Shown here one piece after another: positions 1 through 8,573 of a DNA stretch of 24,833 bases; position 1 is the stretch's first letter, and each line of letters begins with the position of its first letter. Below the pieces are notes generated by a model, which saw only the letters and a list, made by a program, of their open reading frames with translations, was not told the origin of the DNA and did no database searches. Location: contig JAEOTQ010000054.1 in NCBI GenBank assembly GCA_016839785.1, positions 1-24,833 on the forward strand, in the 5' to 3' direction. Position numbers and translations under genes: made by a program. The DNA is from Candidatus Hodarchaeota archaeon (GTDB lineage: Archaea > Asgardarchaeota > Heimdallarchaeia > Hodarchaeales > Hodarchaeaceae).

Positions 1-2646
1 GTACAAGATATTCCTGTTGTTCTCTTACTAAATAACCCAGCCGATGTTCCTTACTTACCAGATGTTACTTCTGGAGAAGGAATCGATAAAATTTTTCTGT
101 GGAATGGGGACTCCACAGTATTTGTGGCCATAATTAAACACCTTGAAGATCAAATGAATGCAGAACATGATACTCGTGTAGGTTTGGTTCGGGTAATAAT
201 TGTAATTGAGGACTCGATTCGATATTATTCGATTTTCCTTCCAATTATGTATAGTGAAATTATGAAACAAACACATCGGTTAATTTCTGAAGGAGTCAAC
301 GATTATCATCATCTACTACAAATGCGGACGAGACCAAAAATCCTGTTAGCCTCTAATTTTGAGGATGCAATGAAATATTACGATGAATACAAGAAGTCTG
401 TTATTGGGATTATCTCTGATGTTCGATTTCCTCGGGAAGGAGTGTTAGATGAATCGGCAGGGCTGAGATTTATTAAATTAATAAAGAAAGATAATCCTAC
501 TCTACCAGTTGCACTACAATCCAGTAATGAAAAGAATCGTATTCGTGCTGAGAGCTTAGGGGTATATTTTATCAATAAATTTTCGAGGAAATTACTTAAA
601 ACGATACGTAGATACATGCTCAATTATCTTGGATTTGGAGATTTTAAATTTCGTTTAAGTGACGGAACAGAAGTTTGTAGAGCTAAAAATATTTTAGAAC
701 TTGAAAGAGCACTTGCTACTGTTCCAGAAGAATCCTTGATTTACCATGGTTCAAATGATCATTTTTCTGGTTGGTTAATGAATAGGGGAGAATTTGAAAT
801 TGCTCAGAAAATTAAACCTCGTAAAGTTACCGAATTTTCCAAAGCTGAAGGTTTACGTGAATTCTTACTTTCAGCTGTCAACTCCATATTAGAAGAAAAA
901 ACTGGAGGTGTAATTAATGACTTTTCAAGAGATACATTTCATTCTTCAATTCGTTTTACTCGTCTTAGACCAGGATCTCTTGGTGGTAAAGGCCGTGGAA
1001 TTGCTTTCCTCCAGTTTCTTTTGAATTCATTCCTGTTGGCAGATGAAATGTCAGAAGTTGTTTCAATTCGGATTCCAAAGACTTTTGTGATTGGAACTGA
1101 TGAATGGGACCATTTCATGGATGATAATGAAGAGCTCCATGAAATTGCTCTGTCAGATACAACTGACGAGATAATTAGAACCCGATTTACTCAAGCTAAA
1201 TTAGACATTAAACTTGTTGATGATCTTCGTTATATATTAAAAACACTTACTGGCCCCCTTTCAGTTCGTTCTTCGAGTGTGTTGGAAGATTCTCAGTTTC
1301 AACCCTTTGCTGGAGTTTTCGAGACATATATGCTTCCAAATAATCAGGATTTAGAGACTCGTGTCGAGCTTTTATGTACTGCAATCAAGCTGGTTTTTGC
1401 CTCTTCGTTCTTGGAACAGGCTAAAAGTTATGCAGAATCTACTGGACAATCTATAGAAGAATCTAAAATGGCCGTAGTCATTCAACAGGTTGTAGGAAGA
1501 ATGCGACCAAATAATTTATCCTATCCATGTTTTTCAGGGGTAGCGACATCATATAATTATTACCCAATCTCATATATGAAGCCAGAAGATAGAATTGTAT
1601 TTTTAGCTGCAGGTCTAGGAAAGACAATTGTGGATGGTGGATTAACTCATAGGTTTTGTCCAAAATATCCTGAAATTAGTTTTTATTCAACTCAAGATCA
1701 AATGTTTACTAATGGCCAAAAAGATTTCTTTGCGATCGATCTCGGTACTCAATCTAAATCTTTTGAACGAGGAGAAGACTCCTTTCTGATAAATTCGAGC
1801 ATATTCGATTTAGATCCAGAGACGCTCAAACACGTAGCAGACACATATGACCATAATGATCAAGTTATTAGACCAGGATACAGAGGGGATGGAGCCCCTA
1901 TAATTGCGTTCAGTAATCAGTTGAAGTATGATGGAATTCCTTTTGCGCTGCTTTTATCAAAAATCCTGCAATTAGGTGAGCAAACTATGGGGAGCTCTGT
2001 TGAAATCGAGTTTGCAGGTAATTTCCCTTTGGATACGAGGAAGAGATCAACATTCTACTTATTGCAAATTCGACCCTATACTCAATATGAGGTAATTCTA
2101 GATGAAGAAAAAGAAGCTGCTCCCGAGGACCAGATACTGATTAAATCAGGCCTTGCTTCTGGTAATAGAATTATTCAGGACATTCATGATATTGTCTATG
2201 TGAAGCCTGAAACATTTGACAAGCTAAAAACTCAAGAAATGGTTTTAGAGATAGGAGAAATAAATAAAAGATTAAAGAAAACAGACACTCCTTATATTTT
2301 GATAGGTTTTGGTCGTTGGGGAACTTTTGATTCATCATTAGGAATCCCTGTTAAATGGCCTCATATATCAGGAGCACAGGTTATCATAGAAGCTGGATTA
2401 AAGGATTTCCAAGTAGAACATTCCCAAGGGAGTCATTTTTTCCAGAATATTACTACAGCGAATATAGGCTATCTATTTAATAATTTTAAGTCAAAAAATG
2501 ATTTAATTGATTGGCAGTGGCTCTCAGAACAAGAAACCATTGTCGAGGATATGGTTTTCTTTCGACATGTCCGAGTCCCAAATCCCTTTTATGTGCGAAT
2601 TGATGGGCGGAAACGTGAAGGGTTAATCCTTAAACCAGATCTCTGA
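1..2646 (+). CDS. PEP/pyruvate-binding (PPDK_N, ATP-grasp) domain protein with receiver-like domain; 5'-truncated by the window edge
   Basis: Frame 1 is open from base 1 (VQDIPVVLLLNN...), so the true start lies upstream. Receiver-like segment IISDVRFPREG...LPVALQSS; PPDK_N motifs GSLGGKGRG, SVRSSSVLEDS..FAG.F.T, MAVVIQQVVG, GLGKTIVDG, EIEFA, YLLQIRP; C-terminal GRWGT and SQGSHFFQN typical of this PEP-synthase-like family. Confidence 0.85.
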   Translation, partial: VQDIPVVLLLNNPADVPYLPDVTSGEGIDKIFLWNGDSTVFVAIIKHLEDQMNAEHDTRVGLVRVIIVIEDSIRYYSIFLPIMYSEIMKQTHRLISEGVNDYHHLLQMRTRPKILLASNFEDAMKYYDEYKKSVIGIISDVRFPREGVLDESAGLRFIKLIKKDNPTLPVALQSSNEKNRIRAESLGVYFINKFSRKLLKTIRRYMLNYLGFGDFKFRLSDGTEVCRAKNILELERALATVPEESLIYHGSNDHFSGWLMNRGEFEIAQKIKPRKVTEFSKAEGLREFLLSAVNSILEEKTGGVINDFSRDTFHSSIRFTRLRPGSLGGKGRGIAFLQFLLNSFLLADEMSEVVSIRIPKTFVIGTDEWDHFMDDNEELHEIALSDTTDEIIRTRFTQAKLDIKLVDDLRYILKTLTGPLSVRSSSVLEDSQFQPFAGVFETYMLPNNQDLETRVELLCTAIKLVFASSFLEQAKSYAESTGQSIEESKMAVVIQQVVGRMRPNNLSYPCFSGVATSYNYYPISYMKPEDRIVFLAAGLGKTIVDGGLTHRFCPKYPEISFYSTQDQMFTNGQKDFFAIDLGTQSKSFERGEDSFLINSSIFDLDPETLKHVADTYDHNDQVIRPGYRGDGAPIIAFSNQLKYDGIPFALLLSKILQLGEQTMGSSVEIEFAGNFPLDTRKRSTFYLLQIRPYTQYEVILDEEKEAAPEDQILIKSGLASGNRIIQDIHDIVYVKPETFDKLKTQEMVLEIGEINKRLKKTDTPYILIGFGRWGTFDSSLGIPVKWPHISGAQVIIEAGLKDFQVEHSQGSHFFQNITTANIGYLFNNFKSKNDLIDWQWLSEQETIVEDMVFFRHVRVPNPFYVRIDGRKREGLILKPDL

Positions 2647-2708
2647 TTGATACTCCTATTTTATTCTCATATCTAAATATCTATAAGGGGTTGTTCTACT
2701 TGGATTCA

Positions 2709-3251
2709 ATGGAAGTTGCTGAAGTCGAAAAAAAACTAAAAAATTGGAAAAATATCAAGTTTTATTTTCCCTATAAAGAATTAACAGGTGTTCCTAAATG
2801 GCAAACTGTAGTATTGACATGTATGGATTGCCGTATTACTTCCAACGTGTTTGGGGTGGAAGACCCTGGTGAATTAACAATTATTCGTAATGCTGGTGCG
2901 CTATTAACACGTGATAGTCTTCGTTCCCTTCTGATTGCTATCTATGAACTTAATGTGCGTAATATTTTTGTTTGCGGCCATACTAATTGTGGGGGGCAAA
3001 TGTCTCCTCAAAGAATGGATATAACAGTCGAAAAGATTTCGAAACGAACGAATTCTCCTCCTCAGAAGGTTTTAGAATTACTTGAAGCACGTAATGCTAG
3101 CCAAGCTTTCTTAGGATTTGAGAATGTCTCACTACAAGTTAAGAAAACCGTCTTTAATATCAAAAATCACCCTCTTATCTTACCTGTAGGTGTTCACGTG
3201 AGTGGCTTTGTTTACCATACTCAGAGTGGTGAATTTGTCAAGATTCTTTGA
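2709..3251 (+). CDS. Beta-class carbonic anhydrase
   Basis: Zn-binding/catalytic motifs CMDCR, RNAG and HTNCG; C-terminal GFVY. ATG at 2709 chosen over TTG at 2691. Confidence 0.9.
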   Translation: MEVAEVEKKLKNWKNIKFYFPYKELTGVPKWQTVVLTCMDCRITSNVFGVEDPGELTIIRNAGALLTRDSLRSLLIAIYELNVRNIFVCGHTNCGGQMSPQRMDITVEKISKRTNSPPQKVLELLEARNASQAFLGFENVSLQVKKTVFNIKNHPLILPVGVHVSGFVYHTQSGEFVKIL

Positions 3252-3969
3252 AATGTGTCCAGAATTCTAAATACATTGCTTTTTCTTTCTTTTCGGGAAG
3301 AGAATCTAAGAAGATTAGCTTCTGAAGATTCGGGATACTTTTTTCAATTTTATCTCTGTATTTCTGAAGAATAATATCTACATCGTGAGGATTTTCAATT
3401 TTTATGATGCATAGTACTCGTGCAGGAAGCTTATTTGAAGAAGTTAAGAGTGAGAGTTCAATGATGTGATCTAAAAGAAAAATCGGATCAATTGTCAGAT
3501 CTATAGTGACCAGAGTGAATTGTTGTTCTGCCAGGGTTGTAATTAGGGGAAATATATCACCGATATAGTAAGAAAAGTTATTGAATTCTCCCTTCAATAA
3601 TCTGAGAAATGGTTCAAATTTGGGAGAGATTTCTACTGCATGAAGTGTTTCTATATTCTGCTCGAGAATATACTTACTAAATCCTCCAGCACTTGCTCCT
3701 AAATCTAAAACTCGATCATCAGAGTTAAAAGGAATATTTGCTTGATTAACAAAAAAAGTAAGCTTTTGATATCCAAGAGGTTCATTATATTCTGCTAATC
3801 TGGATTCATCTATAGAAATATCATCCGTTTTTTTCACTAAGTAAGCAGGCTTTGTACATTGAGTTGTATTTACACACACTCCCTTATTTCGGATAAAGCG
3901 GTTTGCTTTCGATCGTGATGACATCAAACCCTGTTTCACAAGCCATTCATCAAGTCTCATTATTGTCAT
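3238..3969 (-). CDS. TlyA-like RNA methyltransferase (S4 domain + FtsJ-like SAM methyltransferase)
   Basis: N-terminal S4 motif MRLDEWLVKQGLMSSRSKA...KP; SAM-binding VLDLGASAGGFS; AVEIS. Start could also be 3972 (TTG) or 3960 (ATG). Overlaps the convergent carbonic anhydrase by 14 bp. Confidence 0.8.
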   Translation of the reverse strand: MTIMRLDEWLVKQGLMSSRSKANRFIRNKGVCVNTTQCTKPAYLVKKTDDISIDESRLAEYNEPLGYQKLTFFVNQANIPFNSDDRVLDLGASAGGFSKYILEQNIETLHAVEISPKFEPFLRLLKGEFNNFSYYIGDIFPLITTLAEQQFTLVTIDLTIDPIFLLDHIIELSLLTSSNKLPARVLCIIKIENPHDVDIILQKYRDKIEKSIPNLQKLIFLDSLPEKKEKAMYLEFWTHFKES

Positions 3970-3972
3970 CAA

Positions 3973-4083
3973 TCACTGAATTTTTTTCTTCCTCTGCCAA
4001 AACTTTCTTCCTTGTTTTTTTTTCTCACGGAAACGTTTTTCTTCACGTAATATCCGTCGAACACCTTTCCCTTTTCGAGGCAT
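3973..4083 (-). CDS. Small, highly basic protein, 36 aa (MPRKGKGVRRILREEKRFREKKKQGRKFWQRKKKIQ)
   Basis: Manual translation: ATG 4083, TGA 3975-3973, immediately followed by TTG-ATG of the TlyA-like gene. AT-rich TATA-like region upstream (~4120-4141). Below the ORF-track cut-off. Confidence 0.65.
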   Translation of the reverse strand: MPRKGKGVRRILREEKRFREKKKQGRKFWQRKKKIQ

Positions 4084-4253
4084 GATTTCCCACACGGATT
4101 TTCTTTCTCTAAATACATTATTAAAAATTATACGTTTATTAGTTTTTTTCTTTCAGATTTTCTAAGTTTTACATTAAATAGACAGAATCGGCCATTTTCA
4201 ACTATCTCTGTCTCTGTTTCGAATTTAAATGAGTAAATTAGGATAAAGTATGT

Positions 4254-4394
4254 ATGGTTCCCTCTGAACAAAAATCCCAAGATGCGATGGATGATTCGCA
4301 TACAAATTCTGATAATTACTTAGAGCGAAAATATGGTAAAGAACCAAAAATCTCTTCCAAAGAATTAAAGCAACTTCGATGGAACTGGCATTAA
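4254..4394 (+). CDS. Small hypothetical protein, 46 aa (MVPSEQKSQDAMDDSHTNSDNYLERKYGKEPKISSKELKQLRWNWH)
   Basis: Manual translation. TTTAAA TATA-like box at ~4224-4229; T-tract just after the stop (4403-4409); fills an otherwise empty gap. Confidence 0.5.
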   Translation: MVPSEQKSQDAMDDSHTNSDNYLERKYGKEPKISSKELKQLRWNWH

Positions 4395-4564
4395 ATGCTC
4401 TATTTTTTTCCCCTTTGATAGAGGAGTTAATTAAACTTTCATGAGAATACTCAGATATCCCTAGTATAAAATTGCGTAATTTAAATTAGGAATCTTTTGA
4501 ATAATAACAAATTATTTATACAGAATATCAAATCTTACGGTTTATCCGTTGAGAGTGATATCTC

Positions 4565-4777
4565 ATGAGTAGAAAAGAATTACGAAAGTTCTTATTAGTA
4601 GGCTTAGTGAGTCTCATTATTGGTGTGGGGTGTATCTACCTAGGTACCGAAGTTTTTAATACAGGTGACATGACTTTTCTTATTATTATCGGTATTCTAT
4701 TATGTGTCTTAGGCCTTTTCTTTATGTTACTATTTATTGCACCTGGAACTGTGCTTAAGATATTAAGACAACGATAG
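4565..4777 (+). CDS. Small two-TM membrane protein
   Basis: Two hydrophobic helices with basic N- and C-termini; GAGTGA SD-like motif upstream. Confidence 0.7.
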   Translation: MSRKELRKFLLVGLVSLIIGVGCIYLGTEVFNTGDMTFLIIIGILLCVLGLFFMLLFIAPGTVLKILRQR

Positions 4778-4877
4778 ATATGAAATACTCAATAATCTAA
4801 GGTTAAACCTCAAAAGAGATATTGGAGGGATATTTTTCTTCTATAGAACATCAAAAGTTCAATTCTCACTTAATCAA

Positions 4878-5414
4878 TTAATATTCACGTGAAAATTTCT
4901 CTTCGATCCACTTTTGTATATCTTCTAGTTCCTCATCCTCTTCTATTATTTGATTTCTCCAAGATTTCATTATTTTCGACATATCTTGAATAGAAACAAT
5001 TTTATCATTTTCGATTGTTAATTCTATTACTTTTTCATATGACGTTGGTGCTTGGAATCCCATATGAACATACAAATCTTGAATAAAGTCCTTTGCTGCT
5101 AATAATCTCCCAGAAAAGTTGGTTTTTTAATCAAGATTTTCGTACAAGTAATCAAAGAAAGAGTCTTCAGCTTTAATCGGCTTAATGCCATTTATTGGTG
5201 TAGGTTCATCCTTAGTATTAAGTAGAACTCCCTGTAAAAGAAGAGTTTGATTTGTTACCTCGTAATTTAATGTAAATCCCCGCCAACAAGCCGTACAGCT
5301 AGTAGATAAATTAATCCCTATGAACTCTGGATTAAATAGGTTATCATCTTTAATTCCTGCTATTGCATACTCTTCATTTTCATATATTATTGTATCAGGG
5401 ATTTGTCCAGTCAA
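4878..5414 (-). pseudogene. Hypothetical protein gene interrupted by one in-frame TAA (codon 96 of 179)
   Basis: ORFs 5127-5414 and 4878-5075 share one frame. Reading through TAA at 5129-5127 gives ...YLYENLD*KTNFSGRLLAAKDFIQDLYVHMGF...; the TACWRG and YVHMGF motifs recall a widespread uncharacterised family (from memory). Confidence 0.7.
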
Positions 5415-5569
5415 AATTATTCTTTCCTTTTAGGACTATGATCTTCTAAGATTAAATAAGCAATGATTTAAGAAAATTATGGTAGAAGATATACTTCGGG
5501 TTTTAAGGGTTCGGGTTCTGGAATCCATTATTTAAAAATGAAATAGAGCAAAATAGACTCAGATGAACA

Positions 5570-6559
5570 GTGACAAGAAATAATAATTTAGGTTTAAATA
5601 TTGATAAAAAAGTAAAAATCATCGGTGGGTTCACGATAGGAGTACTTTTTTTGGCCAGTCTCCTTGTAGGATATTTCTTTTTAGCATTTAAACAAATTAG
5701 TTATAATGAATTTGGTCTAAATCAAGATACAATTAGTCAAAAGATTGAAAGTAAGGTCTATGAAAAAGGACTTTATCATGTTGGAATATTCCATCGTTTT
5801 ATTAAATTTCCAAAAACTGTACAAAAAATAGAATTTTTCAATACCCTTGGAAGTCCAGGAGATTCTTTGGGACCGTTAAATTCACGCACTGAGGATGGAT
5901 TATTGATCCACATACAGCTGGCTTTTCATTATCGTCTACAAAAAGATGATATTTTGAATTTATATGGAAAATTTGGTTTAGATTATGAAGATAGATTTGT
6001 CGGACAGGCTCGAACAACTTTAAGAGATGTTGTAAGCTTTTACAGTGCTATTGAATTTTTTACTAATCGAACCATCATAGCTGAATCGATGGAGATAGAT
6101 TTAAATAACGATTTACAGGATATGTATGTAGATATTGTATTTTTCCAAATGAGGGAAATAGATCTTCCTGATGAGTTTGAAGAAGCTTTGAAGCAGGTGC
6201 AAATTGCACAGCAACAATACCAAATCGCATTATATGAGCAAGAAGCTGCAATTGTACGAGCTGAAACTGCTATAATTGAAGCACAGGCACAAGCCAACAT
6301 AACGGTCCTCTCTGCAGAAGCTGATGCAGAAGCTTTTGTTATCTCTATGGAAGCTCAAGCGAAAGCAATAAATCTCACACTGACAGCAGAAAAATTAGCT
6401 TATTATGCAATGGGACAACAACTCAATTTAACCTCTAGTGAACTCTTAGCTTTATTATGGGTTATGGCCGTTCGAGATCATGATTCTTCATTACTTATAA
6501 TTGGAGCAGATACCCCTATTCTAATTGAGAATGAATTAAATACTACAAAAAGTATCTAA
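5570..6559 (+). CDS. SPFH/band-7 (prohibitin/erlin-like) membrane protein
   Basis: Single N-terminal TM; GLYH.G..H.F..FP; SRTEDGLLIHIQLAFHYRL; IDLPDEFEEAL followed by an Ala/Glu/Gln coiled coil. Confidence 0.9.
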   Translation: MTRNNNLGLNIDKKVKIIGGFTIGVLFLASLLVGYFFLAFKQISYNEFGLNQDTISQKIESKVYEKGLYHVGIFHRFIKFPKTVQKIEFFNTLGSPGDSLGPLNSRTEDGLLIHIQLAFHYRLQKDDILNLYGKFGLDYEDRFVGQARTTLRDVVSFYSAIEFFTNRTIIAESMEIDLNNDLQDMYVDIVFFQMREIDLPDEFEEALKQVQIAQQQYQIALYEQEAAIVRAETAIIEAQAQANITVLSAEADAEAFVISMEAQAKAINLTLTAEKLAYYAMGQQLNLTSSELLALLWVMAVRDHDSSLLIIGADTPILIENELNTTKSI

Positions 6560-6667
6560 TTTCTCTTCACCTTTTTATTTTGAAAGCCTTCTCAAGAGTC
6601 TTGTCAGGTAAATACTTATAGTGATCCGTCCCTCTTCATGGTTAATCTACACTCTGGATGGACGATT

Positions 6668-7006
6668 ATGAGAAAACAATTGTTTGTATTATTCAACTAT
6701 AACAAAGGAATTTTTACCCATATCTTATTGAATGTCCTTGATTTAGCAGAAAAAGGCTATGAAGTGGGTATTATTTTTGAGAGCGAGGCCTGTAAATTTA
6801 TTTTAGAATTCGAAGAGAAGAAATACGAAAAATATGAACTACTCAAAGGAAAAAACCTGGTTTTTGCAGTATGTGAAGTATGTGCTAAATCCATGAATGC
6901 ATTAGAAAGCGCTCAACGACAAGGTCTACCGATTAATGGGGAATTATTCGGGCATCCTCCTTTACGTAAATGGATTAAGCTTGATTATGATGTGATGCTA
7001 ATCTAA
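6668..7006 (+). CDS. DsrE-like (DsrE/F sulfur-relay fold) protein
   Basis: GYEVGIIFESEAC, CEVCAKSMNA and GHPPLRKWI..DYDV match the DsrE-like pattern. Alternative start at 6638. Confidence 0.75.
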   Translation: MRKQLFVLFNYNKGIFTHILLNVLDLAEKGYEVGIIFESEACKFILEFEEKKYEKYELLKGKNLVFAVCEVCAKSMNALESAQRQGLPINGELFGHPPLRKWIKLDYDVMLI

Positions 7007-7150
7007 TAATATCTGAGAATTGCTCCGTGTATTCTCCTAGCTTCCCTTAGGGAGGAGAAGAGATTGAGGAATTGACAGTAAAGAAAGAGAATTAAACATG
7101 GAAAAATCATCTTTTTGACCTCTATTGGAATTTGTGTTTAGAACAAAGAG

Positions 7151-8572
7151 ATGAAAAATGTGTCAGAGTATGCTGATTTAGCTGAATATGGTATGGAATA
7201 TGCCCAAGATCAAGGTGCGGATTATTCTGAGGCCAGATTAATAGATGGACAACGTATTGCATTTGTTTTACAGAACGGTAATTTTATTTCGGGATCAGAA
7301 CTTCCTTGGAAAGGTATTGGATTCAGAGTCTTGTGTAATGGCGGACTATCTTTTGTATCAGTAGATAATCTCACAAAAAAAGCAGTTAGGAATGCTATCA
7401 CTACTAGTGTAAAGATGGCAAAAAATTCGAATCCGAAAGATAAGATTGACTTCGGATCACCCGTATCAAATGTTGCCAAGTGGGGAGTTCCAGCAAAAGA
7501 AAATTTACACGATGTTTCACTTGAGGCTATGATAACAAAGCTCCAAGACATGGATAAAGTGGCAGAAAGTGCTGGAATCAATACACGAGCTACCATATTC
7601 GAAGCTCAAAGCTTAACTAAATATCTAGTAACGTCTGAGGGAACAAAGATTGAATCTGATCTATCTATGTTAAAATTCTATGGAATAGTTACAGTTAAAG
7701 GAATTTTAGACTCAGAACAACGTTTTGTGGATCTCACTAGGAGCACTGGATGGGAAGGGACTAAATCATGGATCGAAGAATACGAGAACGAATGTAAGCG
7801 AATAGCTAAGGTGGCAGCTCAACAGGATCACAAGTTAACAGGTAAGGTTGATTTTGTTGTGGGACCCGAGGTAGTAGGTATTATTTGTCATGAAAATGCA
7901 GGTCACCCCTCTGAAGGTGACCGAATCATGGGTCGTGAAGGTGCACAAGCTGGAGAGTCGTTTTGGCGTGATCTAACGCTTGGTGAATCACGTGTAGGAT
8001 CAGATCATGTGACAATTCTTGAAGATCCGACAATCCCTGGAACTGGGGGATATTATTTGTATGATGACGAAGGGGTGAAAGCACGTGAACGTGTACTGAT
8101 AAAAAACGGTATTATCAATGAACCCCTCCTAAATCGTGAGTTTGGTGTCAAATTCGGAATGGGATCTAATGGATCTTCACGTTCTTCTGATTTTAACAGG
8201 GAACCTATAATTAGAATGGCTAACACGTACATGAAACCCGGTGATTTTACGCTTGATGAATTGATTGAGGATCTTAAGCATGGTATATACATGTTATCTT
8301 TTACTGAATGGAATATTGATGATAGAAGGTATCAATCGAAGTATGTGGGCTTTGAATGTTATGAAATCAAGGATGGGGAGATCACTGAGACAATGGTGAG
8401 AAGACCTGTAATGGAATTGACTTCAATTGGGTTGTTCTCTTCTATCGATGGGGTGACCAAGGATCTAAATTTCGATTTTCCTGGAGTTTGTGGGAAGTCG
8501 GATCCAGGACAGGGAGTACCTGTCTATGCTGGAGGGGGTTCAATACGAATGCGAGGTATTAGGTTAGGTTAA
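7151..8572 (+). CDS. tldD: TldD metalloprotease subunit
   Basis: HENAGHPSEGD metal-binding motif, YDDEGV, PIIRMANTY, C-terminal CGK..GQ.VPV. Confidence 0.92.
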   Translation: MKNVSEYADLAEYGMEYAQDQGADYSEARLIDGQRIAFVLQNGNFISGSELPWKGIGFRVLCNGGLSFVSVDNLTKKAVRNAITTSVKMAKNSNPKDKIDFGSPVSNVAKWGVPAKENLHDVSLEAMITKLQDMDKVAESAGINTRATIFEAQSLTKYLVTSEGTKIESDLSMLKFYGIVTVKGILDSEQRFVDLTRSTGWEGTKSWIEEYENECKRIAKVAAQQDHKLTGKVDFVVGPEVVGIICHENAGHPSEGDRIMGREGAQAGESFWRDLTLGESRVGSDHVTILEDPTIPGTGGYYLYDDEGVKARERVLIKNGIINEPLLNREFGVKFGMGSNGSSRSSDFNREPIIRMANTYMKPGDFTLDELIEDLKHGIYMLSFTEWNIDDRRYQSKYVGFECYEIKDGEITETMVRRPVMELTSIGLFSSIDGVTKDLNFDFPGVCGKSDPGQGVPVYAGGGSIRMRGIRLG

Positions 8573-8573
8573 G

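Noticed and set aside
4878-5414. Alternative genetic code (TAA recoding)
   Set aside because: TAA terminates many intact genes in the window, including tldD, tldE and actin.
7032-7059. Bulged hairpin TTCTCC...TCCC-TTA-GGGA-GGAGAA upstream of tldD as a riboswitch
   Set aside because: A single small hairpin with no aptamer consensus; may be a terminator or processing stem.
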